A stretch of DNA of 64,000 nucleotides from a virus. The notes below the pieces were generated by a model. The model was not told the origin of the DNA. It worked only from the letters and a program-made list of their open reading frames with translations, and did no database searches. Below, piece by piece: positions 1 to 10,713 of this stretch; the stretch's first letter is position 1; every line of letters starts with the position of its first letter. The DNA is taken from positions 15,061-79,060 of IMG/VR virus record IMGVR_UViG_3300042540_000949, one strand, 5' to 3'. Both the position numbers and the translations under genes were made by a program.

Positions 1-453
1 TTGCTCGGCATGCAATTTACTCAATGAATATGGATTAAGGCAATCTGGTTTATTGATTTCTTTCTGCTCTTTTGAAGAATTTCCGTATATAGCCGATGTG
101 CTTGATAATATCAATTTTGAAACTGAATATTTTTTGCACAATGACAACATTGTCAGTGTCCCCATTGCATTTACTTCAAACGCTTTTTGTGGATCTTCAA
201 TGCATTTTTGTATTCTGGCTTCTGCTGCAAAATGCAAAACTATATCAGGTTTATATTTGTTAAAAATATCTGAACACATTATATAGTCTGAAACATCATA
301 ATGGTAATAGATTGCTTTATCATTATAATAAAAATTATCATGAACATCAGAAGAAAGATTGTCTATAACAACAACTCTATGACCTTCGTTGATAAGCAAA
401 TCAACTGCATTTGAACCAATAAATCCACAACCACCTGTAATTATACACTTCAT
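1..453 (-). CDS. NAD-dependent epimerase/dehydratase (partial, runs off window start)
   Basis: Manual translation MKCIITGGCGFIGSNAVDLL...HFAAEARIQ; Rossmann TGGxGxxG motif; not in ORF track. Confidence 0.85.
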   Translation of the reverse strand, partial: MKCIITGGCGFIGSNAVDLLINEGHRVVVIDNLSSDVHDNFYYNDKAIYYHYDVSDYIMCSDIFNKYKPDIVLHFAAEARIQKCIEDPQKAFEVNAMGTLTMLSLCKKYSVSKLILSSTSAIYGNSSKEQKEINKPDCLNPYSLSKLHAEQ

Positions 454-462
454 ATAAATTTT

Positions 463-1449
463 TTATTTCCAATACGAATATATTCCCTTTTCAACTTCAT
501 AAGAATCCCATTTTTTTTGAATTCTATTGGGTTGGGTTTTGGCCCAATTCCACATTTCTGTCAAGCCATTTTTTAAACTAGTTTTATCTTCATAAAAAAG
601 TATATCTTGTGATTTTTTCCAAGTTGACCAAGCATATTTTACTTCGTGTCTTTCTTCAAGATAAACTTTTTTACCATAACCCATAACCTCTAAAATAATA
701 TCTGCAGTATCATTTATAGAATATTCTTTAATGCCACCCAAATTTATTATTTGTTTTGATGCCAACTTACTTGTTCCAGCCAACCATAATGGATTTAAAC
801 AATCATCAATATAGCTAAATGCACGTTTTTGATCGCCACTACCGTATATTGTTATAGGTTGATTATTTAAATTTTGATACATCCAAATACCCAAAACGTT
901 TCGGTATTTGTCCCATATATTTTGGTTTTTTCCATAAACATTATGAGGTCTTATTATACACCAATCTAAACCATGCTGTATTCCGGCTATTTCAATATCT
1001 TGTTCACAAGCAGCTTTGGCGACTCCATAAGGATCTATAGGATTTCTAAGCATGATTTCATCAAATGGTGGTACATTATTTCCATATACTGCCATCGAAG
1101 AAGTAAAAATTAATCTTTTTACATTATGGTTTATACAATTGTTTACTATATTAGCTGTAGACAAAAGATTATTGTTATAATTAAATTTACGAATAAATGG
1201 ACTAAGACCTTCTGCGGCATAGGCCGCAAAATGATAGACTAATTCCGGTTTTGTCTCTTTAAAAATTTTATTAATTTTATCATCTAAACAATTAACTTCA
1301 TAAAATTTAATTTTAGGATCAATATTTTCTATATAACCACCACTCAAATCATCTATACCAATTACATTTATATTTTTATTTTGTTCTAAAAGCCAAGACG
1401 AAAATCTTGACCCCAATAATCCAGAAACACCTGTTACTAAAATATTCAT
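463..1449 (-). CDS. NAD-dependent sugar epimerase/dehydratase (extended SDR)
   Basis: TGVSGLLG, FTSSMAVYG and YGVAK (YxxxK) motifs. Confidence 0.9.
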   Translation of the reverse strand: MNILVTGVSGLLGSRFSSWLLEQNKNINVIGIDDLSGGYIENIDPKIKFYEVNCLDDKINKIFKETKPELVYHFAAYAAEGLSPFIRKFNYNNNLLSTANIVNNCINHNVKRLIFTSSMAVYGNNVPPFDEIMLRNPIDPYGVAKAACEQDIEIAGIQHGLDWCIIRPHNVYGKNQNIWDKYRNVLGIWMYQNLNNQPITIYGSGDQKRAFSYIDDCLNPLWLAGTSKLASKQIINLGGIKEYSINDTADIILEVMGYGKKVYLEERHEVKYAWSTWKKSQDILFYEDKTSLKNGLTEMWNWAKTQPNRIQKKWDSYEVEKGIYSYWK

Positions 1450-1464
1450 TGTATGTTCTCCATT

Positions 1465-2439
1465 TTACCTTTTACAAATTTTTAAATTATGTTCAATCAT
1501 ATCATCCATAAGAGTTTGAAAAGTATATTCGGGTTTCCAGTTAAGAATTTGTCTAATTTTTGTGGAATCACCCCTTAAATACTTTAATTCTTCTGGTCTT
1601 AAAAATTTTTCATTTTGGACCACATGTTTGGTATAATCTAAATTCAATTTTGTAAACACATATTTTACCATATCCAATACAGAATGTGTTTGCATTGTTG
1701 ATACAACAAAATCATCGGGTTTATCATGATTTATTATTAAATGCATTGCTTTAACATAATCTTTAGAGTGACCCCAATCTCTGTATGAATCCATATTTCC
1801 TAATTCTAAAGTATTTTCATAACCATATTTAATATTAACAGCAGTTTTAATAACTTTACTAGTAACAAAACTTGACCCTCTTCTTGGAGACTCATGATTA
1901 AATAAAATTCCATTTACTGCATGTAAATTATAAGAATTTCTATAATTTCTTACCAAAGAATAACCAAATAATTTAGAACAGCCATAAGGACTTACTGGGT
2001 GCATTGGAGTGGTTTCTCTTTGAAATCCATCATCGTCAACAGAATTACCAAACATCTCAGAAGAACTTGCTTGATAAAATTTTGCATTTGGACAAGATCG
2101 CCTGTATGCTTCCAAAATATTCATGACACCCAAACCATTTGTCTGTGCTGTAAATTGTGGAATTTCAAAACTTACTTTAACATGGCTTTGTGCTGCTAAA
2201 TTATAGATTTCATCTGGTTGTATTTTATCTAATAAACGTTCTAAACTAGATTGATCTAATAAATCGCCATAACTAATATTTAATTTTTCTCTAATTTCAT
2301 TAGAAAATCGGTTTTGTTGATTTTCTGCAACAGAATTTCTTCTAACAATTCCATAAACATCATACCCTAAACTTAAAAGATATTCTGCTAGATATGATCC
2401 GTCTTGACCGTTTATTCCGGTAATAAAAGCCTTTTTCAT
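1465..2439 (-). CDS. gmd: GDP-mannose 4,6-dehydratase
   Basis: ITGINGQDGSYLAE, YNLAAQSHV, YQASSSE, GILFNHESPRRG, RDWGH signatures. Confidence 0.96.
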   Translation of the reverse strand: MKKAFITGINGQDGSYLAEYLLSLGYDVYGIVRRNSVAENQQNRFSNEIREKLNISYGDLLDQSSLERLLDKIQPDEIYNLAAQSHVKVSFEIPQFTAQTNGLGVMNILEAYRRSCPNAKFYQASSSEMFGNSVDDDGFQRETTPMHPVSPYGCSKLFGYSLVRNYRNSYNLHAVNGILFNHESPRRGSSFVTSKVIKTAVNIKYGYENTLELGNMDSYRDWGHSKDYVKAMHLIINHDKPDDFVVSTMQTHSVLDMVKYVFTKLNLDYTKHVVQNEKFLRPEELKYLRGDSTKIRQILNWKPEYTFQTLMDDMIEHNLKICKR

Positions 2440-2442
2440 AAA

Positions 2443-3033
2443 TTACTTTCTAAAAATATCCATCTCTGTTAAATCCGGCCAATCTTGGATAGTCCATTGA
2501 ACCGGAGGTGTTTCGATTGCTTTTGGTAATTTTTCTAATCCCAACTTTGCTGTTTCTGGTGTCATATAATAATGATATCCAACAGTGGATATATTTTGAT
2601 CTCTCCACGGAACATTGTGTTCTCTTCCATCATATGACATTTTTTTAAGTTGGTTTGCCGCTTCTAAATTATCTGTAAGAATTATACCACCTCTGCCAAG
2701 CGAAAGATGTTTTTTGTATTGAAAACTTACATTCATGTAAGTATTTTGAATATAACTATTTTTTTTCCATAATACTGCTGCGTCAATTATATCTTCAGTA
2801 ATATAATAATAATCTTTCCAATTTTCATCTTTCCACTCAAGCATAATATTTAATTTTTTGGCTAAAAAAGGAATAGAAAGATACGTGTGTTTTGGCACAG
2901 ATATCTTTTCATTTTTTTTATATCTTAAACACAGTTCTACACCGTGTGTACATGAATCCACGGCTATTGCGTATGGAGCTCCAAAAAAATTTTTAATTTC
3001 ATTTTCAAACTGTGTTATTAAATCAAAATCCAT
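2443..3033 (-). CDS. Short DegT/DnrJ/EryC1-family PLP aminotransferase-like protein
   Basis: FENEIKNFFGAPYAIAVDSCT, DAA, SFQYKKHL (PLP lysine), GGIILTD; only about 196 aa. Confidence 0.75.
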   Translation of the reverse strand: MDFDLITQFENEIKNFFGAPYAIAVDSCTHGVELCLRYKKNEKISVPKHTYLSIPFLAKKLNIMLEWKDENWKDYYYITEDIIDAAVLWKKNSYIQNTYMNVSFQYKKHLSLGRGGIILTDNLEAANQLKKMSYDGREHNVPWRDQNISTVGYHYYMTPETAKLGLEKLPKAIETPPVQWTIQDWPDLTEMDIFRK

Positions 3034-3060
3034 AAAAATTAACAATCTAGTTATTTATGT

Positions 3061-3088
3061 AATATAATATATTATTTTATAATGTCAA
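3061..3088 (-). promoter_or_regulatory. 16-bp-spacer promoter TTGACA-16-TATATT, followed by TAAATA
   Basis: -35 at 3088-3083, -10 at 3066-3061; very AT-rich context lowers specificity. Confidence 0.5.
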
Positions 3089-3092
3089 AAAA

Positions 3093-3623
3093 TTATATTT
3101 CAGAATAACCCAACTTTTTTGCATTATTTAATATTATTGATGGGTCTATTTTTTTAACCAAAACTGCTGGATTACCTTTATACACTCCCCACTCTTCTGT
3201 TTCACCCCTAAGCAAACTTCCTGCGGTTAATAGTACACCCCTTCTTAAAATCGATCCGGGAAGAACTATTGCATTGGTGCTAACATTTGAAAACTCTTCC
3301 ATCGTGACAGGTTTATTTATTTGTGTTCCTTTATATTCATTTGGAATCATTGCCCCAAATAATCCGCTTCCATCAAATCTATCTGAAGCACAAATTATTC
3401 TGGCACCAGCCATAATATTATTAAATCCTTTAACTTCAAAATAAGAATTTTTACCACCTATAATAGTAACATACGGTCCAATATGAACATACGAACCAAT
3501 TTTAATATTGGGTGTGCAGTAAAATCCTTTATCTATTGCAATGTTTGATCCATTTATTGATAGAGAATTTTTTACAAAATTATCATTATCAATTAGTACA
3601 TTTGTACCTTTTATATCAATCAT
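3093..3623 (-). CDS. Hexapeptide-repeat (LbH) O-acetyltransferase
   Basis: IKIGSYVHIGPYVTI repeats; C-terminal GVYKGNPAVLVK. Confidence 0.85.
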   Translation of the reverse strand: MIDIKGTNVLIDNDNFVKNSLSINGSNIAIDKGFYCTPNIKIGSYVHIGPYVTIIGGKNSYFEVKGFNNIMAGARIICASDRFDGSGLFGAMIPNEYKGTQINKPVTMEEFSNVSTNAIVLPGSILRRGVLLTAGSLLRGETEEWGVYKGNPAVLVKKIDPSIILNNAKKLGYSEI

Positions 3624-4204
3624 AAGGATTTTACGAAGTCGTCAACTGTTATAAGATTTAATAGTTTTGTTCTATTTAAATTAAAAAATTCATAATTTAA
3701 ATTGTAGGGGTCTTCTACGTCTATAAGATCTTGGTATCCTTCAGAGATTATACCACACCCGTAATCCGTATCAATGACTCTCATGTACAAATCTTTTCTT
3801 TCAGTTTTTAATTTGACCCAAGCTTTCCAACAATCTCCTGTCCATGGAGCCCCAGACATTGGTTCGGGATACCTTTGTACAAATTCATTGTAAGGATTCA
3901 TGTCGTGGCAAATAATATATCCATTTGTATTTAATATTTTTAAAGAATTTATTATATCAAAATATACTTGTTTGCACCAGTGCAAACCATCAATAAAGAT
4001 TATATCAAATTTTTCTGTATTTTGTTTAAAAAAATCATCGGATGTCATTTTAAACGAAACTGGAACACATGGATTTGGATCTACTGATATTTTATAATCA
4101 CAAACTATCGAATTAAAATTTATTCCGGGCCCCATTCCTATTTCTAGATAGGATTTAGCATTTATCTTGTTTATTAAACGTTGTATTATTTCTGTTCTTA
4201 ACAT
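3620..4204 (-). CDS. Class I SAM-dependent methyltransferase
   Basis: YLEIG, FDIIFIDGLH, GYIICHD motifs. Confidence 0.85.
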   Translation of the reverse strand: MLRTEIIQRLINKINAKSYLEIGMGPGINFNSIVCDYKISVDPNPCVPVSFKMTSDDFFKQNTEKFDIIFIDGLHWCKQVYFDIINSLKILNTNGYIICHDMNPYNEFVQRYPEPMSGAPWTGDCWKAWVKLKTERKDLYMRVIDTDYGCGIISEGYQDLIDVEDPYNLNYEFFNLNRTKLLNLITVDDFVKSL

Positions 4205-4205
4205 A

Positions 4206-5090
4206 TTATGCCTTAAACACTTTCTTTATATTTTCGTTCCACAATATTCCCCCACAAAATAATCCAGATATTTTTCCAAAAAGATAATCGCATTTTCCTA
4301 ACAATTTAGTTTGTATTATAGCTTCTTCACCCAATAAACGGCGATGATTTTCTCTTTTTGTGCTAATTTCTATCCAGCAATGTACTTTGTTATAGTACTC
4401 CGGTGTTTCATCAGTTTTTCTAAAGACATCGGGAATATAATAAGAATTTGGAAAAGTTTTTGACAAGGTTTCTATATAATCACTATCTTCGCTAACAAAA
4501 AATAATTTATTTATTTGAGGATTTTCATCTAGTATTGTTTGTATTTTTTTTACATAATCTTGAATAGTAAAAATTCCATATTCTGGATGAATAGCATCAA
4601 ATTCTGTTCCCCGTATCATCATACCTAGAGTAGTATAGCCTTTTAATTCTTTTTCATAGATTTCATTAACTTTATCTAAAATAAATTGTTTTGGTTTTAT
4701 ATACAATTTATCAACCGTTTGTTGTCTGATAAGTTGATCCGGCTGATCAAAATAATGTTTTGAATGATCTATTATTTCTGATCTCCTTGGAACAGTACAA
4801 TCTATGATAATATCGTCTGGCTGTGGAATATCTTGATCAAACCAATAATCAAATGGGTTACCGTTTGGAACCAATATGCTGGTTTGTCTAGTTTGTCCCG
4901 ATATATCACTCATGTTTGGTGTAAAACCTTCAACCCATGTAGTTCTACCCCAATCAATATATGGGATTCCTTCTCCTTTAGTTTCATGATGGTGGATAAG
5001 ATGCTCTAGACAAATTCTATAATTTGAAAAAAATCCATAACCGTAACCCCATCCATGGTAAATTGGCTGTATTCTATAATATTTTTTCAT
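4206..5090 (-). CDS. Putative fucosyltransferase (NodZ/O-FucT-like GT-B fold)
   Basis: GFFSN, LGMMIRGTE, FFVSED, LLGKCDYLFG motifs; gene context. Confidence 0.6.
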   Translation of the reverse strand: MKKYYRIQPIYHGWGYGYGFFSNYRICLEHLIHHHETKGEGIPYIDWGRTTWVEGFTPNMSDISGQTRQTSILVPNGNPFDYWFDQDIPQPDDIIIDCTVPRRSEIIDHSKHYFDQPDQLIRQQTVDKLYIKPKQFILDKVNEIYEKELKGYTTLGMMIRGTEFDAIHPEYGIFTIQDYVKKIQTILDENPQINKLFFVSEDSDYIETLSKTFPNSYYIPDVFRKTDETPEYYNKVHCWIEISTKRENHRRLLGEEAIIQTKLLGKCDYLFGKISGLFCGGILWNENIKKVFKA

Positions 5091-5503
5091 TTTAAAAATT
5101 CTTTATCTAAGGCCAGTCCTTCATATGGTCCAGTTTTATATTCATAAACAATTGTATTTGGTTCAAGGATAAGGTAATTGTGACCACCGTATAAAGTAAA
5201 ACTTGCATCACCGGGATTTAAAATAACTTCTGTTAACATAGAATCATCAATATCATAAAAAATTGATTTAATTTTACCTTTAATTACAATCCAAGATTCT
5301 TGTGCTATCTGATTTGTATAACTTCTACTTTTTTCTATGTGCTTGTGGGCTTTAAATGTTTGATTATTTTCTAGACACATAAACGAACATTGTAAAAAAT
5401 TATCTTCAGGAATAATGTTTACCCTCGCAGATACATTTTCTAGTCTATGGACAAGATGAAGTAGTTTATTTGGTTCAACTTTAGAATAATATTTTTCAAT
5501 CAT
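5087..5503 (-). CDS. WbuC-like cupin protein
   Basis: HKH, QESWIVIKG, GGHNY, YEYKTGPY; ATG overlaps upstream TGA. Confidence 0.7.
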   Translation of the reverse strand: MIEKYYSKVEPNKLLHLVHRLENVSARVNIIPEDNFLQCSFMCLENNQTFKAHKHIEKSRSYTNQIAQESWIVIKGKIKSIFYDIDDSMLTEVILNPGDASFTLYGGHNYLILEPNTIVYEYKTGPYEGLALDKEFLK

Positions 5504-6297
5504 GCGTCTATTTTTTCCCACCTATTAGGTATAATATCACTTATGTTGTGATAAGATAATACTGGACCAAACCATTGTTTTGGAGCGATCACTCTATTTA
5601 TGTCTTCATTCATCCACGCACCCCACCAACTAAAACTAGAATTAGACATTATACAATTTTTTCCTTCTTTCATTAAAAATAAATCTATGTAATCTTTATT
5701 ATTTTCCATAAAAATATATTGATCACCGATAAAATTATTTTTACATGTTTGAATGTCATCGCTAAAAATAATATAAGGTAACTTAGAATTTAAAAGTTTT
5801 ATACCATTTAAAAAATATGAAATTGGTAAGTTATTGTGAGAATAAGAATTTTTAACATAATCCCCGAGACGGATGTGTATAACATTAAATTGTTTTGGTA
5901 ATGTTTTTAAGATTAGACTTATTTTATTTTTTATATCATCTGTGGGTTCAAAATATTTTAATATTTGATCTCTGTATTTGTAAAAATACTTTTCACTTTG
6001 AAAAAAACCGTTTACTATTGAATTATCTTGTGGTATATGGGGATCATAGTGAAAAGGGTATTCATATTTTGGAATATTATTTTTTGGTGATTCTACTATA
6101 CATTTTTGAAATAGATGCAAGTAGTCATTGGCATAATTTATTTTTGGGTTATGATATTGCTCATCATTTAAAAATTTTAAATGATCAAATAAATTTGGAA
6201 AAGATGGTTGCGTATTATTTTCTTTTGCAAATGCATATGTTGCTGCCATTTGAAAAAGCATATTACACAAACCACCTTTTAAATAACAATATATCAC
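5500..6297 (-). CDS. Alpha-1,2-fucosyltransferase (GT11)
   Basis: GGLCNMLFQ, GFFQSEKYF, HIRLGDY, FSDD, NSSFSWWGAW. Confidence 0.92.
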   Translation of the reverse strand: MIYCYLKGGLCNMLFQMAATYAFAKENNTQPSFPNLFDHLKFLNDEQYHNPKINYANDYLHLFQKCIVESPKNNIPKYEYPFHYDPHIPQDNSIVNGFFQSEKYFYKYRDQILKYFEPTDDIKNKISLILKTLPKQFNVIHIRLGDYVKNSYSHNNLPISYFLNGIKLLNSKLPYIIFSDDIQTCKNNFIGDQYIFMENNKDYIDLFLMKEGKNCIMSNSSFSWWGAWMNEDINRVIAPKQWFGPVLSYHNISDIIPNRWEKIDA

Positions 6298-6301
6298 AGT
6301 A

Positions 6302-6949
6302 TTAACGCTCTACAGAAGTTCCCAAAGAGTAAATATAAAGTCTTTCTGGTAATTGATAAAATTTATAACCACTATTTGCAGCACGTTTCCACAAATCCCA
6401 GTCTTCAGCACCTTTTACATTATTATAAAAATTTAATTTTTTAAGTGCGGACATTTTAATTATCATAGAACCATGAGTCAAAACATTTTGTTTTGGTAAA
6501 ATTTTTACTATATCTTCATGAGAATTATACATATTAATATCCAAACAACTAGGATATAATGTTTTATCTCTATTAAAGATATTATATGCATGAGTTCCTA
6601 AAAAATCTACATTTTCATTTTTTAAAAAATTAAATTGCTTTTCAATTTTATCTGGCACATATAAATCATCAGCATCTAAAAAACCAACATATTTTGTATC
6701 TACTTTTGTTAAACCATAATTTTTAGCACTTGCTAATCCAGTTTTTGTATTTTTTTCTAAAATAATATTATTAAAAAATTTTAATGAATCTTGTACAACT
6801 ACTTTTGTATTATTCCAACACTCATCCAACACTACAACAACTTTAAAATTTTTACAAGTTTGTTCACACAATGAATCTATTGCTTCTTTTAGATAACAAT
6901 CATTCGTATCGTTATTGCTGTGAACACAAATTAAAATAGTTAAATTCAT
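6302..6949 (-). CDS. Glycosyltransferase family 2
   Basis: GLASAKNYG, FLDADD, EDWDLW. Confidence 0.9.
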   Translation of the reverse strand: MNLTILICVHSNNDTNDCYLKEAIDSLCEQTCKNFKVVVVLDECWNNTKVVVQDSLKFFNNIILEKNTKTGLASAKNYGLTKVDTKYVGFLDADDLYVPDKIEKQFNFLKNENVDFLGTHAYNIFNRDKTLYPSCLDINMYNSHEDIVKILPKQNVLTHGSMIIKMSALKKLNFYNNVKGAEDWDLWKRAANSGYKFYQLPERLYIYSLGTSVER

Positions 6950-7773
6950 ATTGAAAATAATAAATTTAAACGTTCTATGTAAGAATGTTTTTTAGATAAT
7001 TCGTAACCTCTACTACTTATATCAAGTAAATCGTTATTTTTTACATATTGTATTTTGTCAATAAGTTCTGATGTATCTTTATACATCAAGCAATTTACAT
7101 TATCTTTAAAACCTAATTCTATATACTGTGGATTGTAATTCGTCAATAATATTGTCCCACATCCTATAGTTTCAAACGACCTATAATTTATATCATTTGA
7201 TATATTCAGATTAAACTGACATTTATATGAGTTAACAGTTTTAACCATTTCATCACCAATTACAAATATATCTAAATGTAAACCAAAAGATTGTTGTAGC
7301 CATTCCAATACTGATTTTCTGTTTACATAATTTCCACAGAATCCAATATCATATTGTTTTGGTACATCTAACTTTTTAATTAATAAATTATCAAAAGAGT
7401 TTGGAAACCAAATGTGGTATGGCTTTTTTACAAAATTTTTTGTTGAGTGCAGTAAATAATCATATTTACCTAGTGTAAATGTTTGTTCGTATATATCTTC
7501 ACCGCGACAATGAGCATCTATACTCCATAAAAATTTTTTAGGATTTTTTACATTAGATATATTTGGAACCCAATTAGATTCATCATAATTTTCTAAATTG
7601 ATTATCCAATCATATGATTCATAATCCGGAATTGTATTGTAGTTTGTGTGACCTAATCCCCAAACATCACATAGATGATTATGTGATATAAATGCTCGCT
7701 GTAAGCAAAAACATTCTCTATAATTTCTATTAACATCATGCCGACCATTTTCTTGTATTAATAATATTTTCAT
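6946..7773 (-). CDS. Glycosyltransferase (CgeB/GT-B-like)
   Basis: YDIGFCG, NYRSFETIGCGTILLTN. Confidence 0.75.
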   Translation of the reverse strand: MKILLIQENGRHDVNRNYRECFCLQRAFISHNHLCDVWGLGHTNYNTIPDYESYDWIINLENYDESNWVPNISNVKNPKKFLWSIDAHCRGEDIYEQTFTLGKYDYLLHSTKNFVKKPYHIWFPNSFDNLLIKKLDVPKQYDIGFCGNYVNRKSVLEWLQQSFGLHLDIFVIGDEMVKTVNSYKCQFNLNISNDINYRSFETIGCGTILLTNYNPQYIELGFKDNVNCLMYKDTSELIDKIQYVKNNDLLDISSRGYELSKKHSYIERLNLLFSI

Positions 7774-8372
7774 CTATTTTTTTTAAAAAAAGTATTATCT
7801 GTTTTATAACAAATTTCATAATTATTATTTTTTAAAACATTAACAGCAGTTTCATTTATATTTTCTACACAAATTAAATTTATTGTTATTTTATCAAAAT
7901 TTAATCCTAATATGACATTAGAATCATATGCTTCAGTATCTATGGATAGAAAATCAATATTTGTAATATTATGTTTTAACAACAATTCCGATGTATTATA
8001 AACATCAACTATATCTTCTACAAATGGACAATTAAACAATTTTTTACACAATAAATGTTGTTCATGACTAAAAGTTGAAATCTGTTCGTATTCGTCGTTT
8101 TTATCTATATAAAAAATTTGATTTAATTTTGTTTCTGATGAACAACCCACATTTTCTAAAATAATATTATTATTTAATGTGTATAAATTTTTTAATTTAT
8201 TATAATTTTTTTTATTTGGTTCTACTAATAATCCACTCCAACCTAATTCTATTAATTTTTTACTATTGGAATTATTAATACCATCGGCTGCGCCAATATC
8301 AACTAAAAATCCAGTATTATTATTTTTAAAATAATTTAATAAATAAATTTCTTCATAGCCTTGTGAATACAT
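7770..8372 (-). CDS. FkbM-family methyltransferase
   Basis: YSQ, VDIGAADG, SNS, GLLVEPN, IDFLSIDTE. Confidence 0.88.
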   Translation of the reverse strand: MYSQGYEEIYLLNYFKNNNTGFLVDIGAADGINNSNSKKLIELGWSGLLVEPNKKNYNKLKNLYTLNNNIILENVGCSSETKLNQIFYIDKNDEYEQISTFSHEQHLLCKKLFNCPFVEDIVDVYNTSELLLKHNITNIDFLSIDTEAYDSNVILGLNFDKITINLICVENINETAVNVLKNNNYEICYKTDNTFFKKNR

Positions 8373-8373
8373 A

Positions 8374-9435
8374 CTAACTTCCTTTTTTGTTGTATAAATT
8401 ACAATATACTTTTTCCCATTCTTTTACAATTTTATTTTCGTTAAAATCTTGTGCTCTTAATTTTGCATTTTGTGAAATTACAGAATAAAATTCTTTATTT
8501 TCAACCAACGACACCAAATAATTCGTATAATCATCCACATTGTATGCTACATATCCACCATTATCTATAATTTCTTTTTGTGCATTAAATCCAGCGTAGT
8601 GGGATATAATTGGTACACCGTACATCATACCATGTGCTATTGCAACACCAAACGATTCTCCATCAATTCTATAGTGCAAAAATACTTGAATAGTATTATA
8701 TAATTGATGTATAAAATTATCGTCATTTGTTGGTGGAATTAAAATACAATTTTGCGATAAATTCAACTCATTTATCATTTGAATTGTTTTTTCACAAGGT
8801 CCAAGTATAATATATTTGAATTTATATCCCATATTTTTAAACTTTACCAAAGATTTTAAAGCTATATCATGAAAATTATCTGGTCTTCCAACTCTACCAA
8901 AAATATGATATTCTTCAGGAATATTTAATTCGTGTTTTAAATTTTTATTGTTATTTAGAGGTTGTGGTATGGGATTATAAATTTTATAATCAGAACCCCC
9001 ACGCAACTCTGTTATTCTGTCGGATACAGAAACAGAACAATCTAAAAATGGACTATAATCTCTACCAGCAAAAATATTAGTTTCTATTTGCACTGGAGCC
9101 AATCGTTCGATGAATGGCCACTCATAATATCCACTTCTTGCAAAATGAATTATATCAAACTCATATTTTTTTGCTAGTTCTGAAAAATTTGTTGTTAAAT
9201 AGGAATAACCATTTTCTGGACCAGTTTTTTGATTTGACGCTTCAAATGGTATTATATTTGATTCTATAAAATTATTTTTAAGATATTCTAATCTATTGTT
9301 ATTTTTTTTAAAGTTATAAAATACATATGGATCAAATATTTCTCTATTTAAATTCATCAACACTCGTTCATGTGATCTCCATGTACCACCATAATCTATG
9401 GTATGTGAATAAAATAATATTTTAATTTTTTTCAT
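8374..9435 (-). CDS. Glycosyltransferase (GT4-like)
   Basis: YGGTWRS, FGRVGR, GESFGVAIAHGMMYGVPII. Confidence 0.85.
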   Translation of the reverse strand: MKKIKILFYSHTIDYGGTWRSHERVLMNLNREIFDPYVFYNFKKNNNRLEYLKNNFIESNIIPFEASNQKTGPENGYSYLTTNFSELAKKYEFDIIHFARSGYYEWPFIERLAPVQIETNIFAGRDYSPFLDCSVSVSDRITELRGGSDYKIYNPIPQPLNNNKNLKHELNIPEEYHIFGRVGRPDNFHDIALKSLVKFKNMGYKFKYIILGPCEKTIQMINELNLSQNCILIPPTNDDNFIHQLYNTIQVFLHYRIDGESFGVAIAHGMMYGVPIISHYAGFNAQKEIIDNGGYVAYNVDDYTNYLVSLVENKEFYSVISQNAKLRAQDFNENKIVKEWEKVYCNLYNKKGS

Positions 9436-10087
9436 AATATTTTATAATTTGATAATGATCTGGATGTCTTTGATCTTTATGATCAAAGACTTCACCAACA
9501 AATTCATAATTTATTCGTTTTGTTGGAAAAGGTTTTGTGTTTGGTTCAATTTTAAAAAAAGAATCATGAATATATGCATTATTTACTACTTTATCATAAA
9601 TTTGCTCTCTTAAAAAATTTTGATCAACTTGCCAAAAATCACCTTTAACATAGTCATCAATCATTTTATTTATTCCTTTTAAAATACCATTTCTAGCGCC
9701 CCACATACCGCCTAATATTTCTGTTCTATGATATGGGTGATCTCTCATAATATGAAAATCAAAAGAAGAATTTAACCAATCATCTACAGCATCTTTTTCT
9801 CTTTGAGATAATCTAGAATCAGTATCTCTTGAAATAACAATATCATCGCCATCTGCTGCTTTAAATCTCCAAAACATACCTGTCCAATTTCCTTCTTCTG
9901 GCATTTCTACAACTTCAGTATATTTTATTCTTTTTAACGCATCAATATAACTTTGGGGAGTATTTTTTCCAATATAAAATCTAGAAATCCAGCCAGGATA
10001 TATGTCTAAAGCCAGATGAGCATTTTTTATTGCTCCCAAACAATATTTTGAAGAAGACCCCCATAAACTGTACGATATTATTTTCAT
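9422..10087 (-). CDS. Conserved glycan-locus protein (putative GT-A)
   Basis: IISYSLWG, MFWRF, SRDTDSR, HIMRDHPYH, LGGMWG, DQNFL. Confidence 0.65.
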   Translation of the reverse strand: MKIISYSLWGSSSKYCLGAIKNAHLALDIYPGWISRFYIGKNTPQSYIDALKRIKYTEVVEMPEEGNWTGMFWRFKAADGDDIVISRDTDSRLSQREKDAVDDWLNSSFDFHIMRDHPYHRTEILGGMWGARNGILKGINKMIDDYVKGDFWQVDQNFLREQIYDKVVNNAYIHDSFFKIEPNTKPFPTKRINYEFVGEVFDHKDQRHPDHYQIIKYYEKN

Positions 10088-10713
10088 GACAAATAAACTC
10101 CAAATGGTACAGATGTGACGGCATTATTATGCCCATCGTCTTGATAAAATATTGGGTTATTTACACAATATACTTTATGATTGATCATATCCTCTGCGAT
10201 ACACTCATCACAATAACGATTTATTTCTATACAATTTTCAAGATTTTTTATAGTTGTGTTTACATAATTTTCAGTAATGTAAATTACTGAATGAATGCCC
10301 AACATACCCCATACTTTACTAAAATTATGATTTATTTTTTGACCTCTTGAACCCCCACCAACAGAATTGCCATTTAACATACCCCACACAGAAGTTCCCA
10401 AATAAAACGCATCAGCATCATCTGGAATATTGAATTCTTTTGTAAAGTTGTTTGTGATATTTACATCATCTTCTAAAATCAAAAATGGTGGTTTTGTTTT
10501 TTTAAGTGCTTCAATATGAGCTTTGGCAACCAACGAAGATTTTTGTGTTTGAATCTCCATAAAACTTAAATTGGTTTTATCTAAAATTTCACCATAGATG
10601 TATTCAACATTTAAAGAATGTTTATCAAAAATACTTTGCAATTTTTTATGATTTTGCGTTGCAGTTTTGATTGTTATGAGATAGATTGGTATTGTTGAAA
10701 TATTAATATTCAT
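10084..10713 (-). CDS. Glycosyltransferase (GT25-like)
   Basis: IYLIT, AHIEAL, LILEDD, FYLG, FYQ; start moved to MNINIS. Confidence 0.65.
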   Translation of the reverse strand: MNINISTIPIYLITIKTATQNHKKLQSIFDKHSLNVEYIYGEILDKTNLSFMEIQTQKSSLVAKAHIEALKKTKPPFLILEDDVNITNNFTKEFNIPDDADAFYLGTSVWGMLNGNSVGGGSRGQKINHNFSKVWGMLGIHSVIYITENYVNTTIKNLENCIEINRYCDECIAEDMINHKVYCVNNPIFYQDDGHNNAVTSVPFGVYLS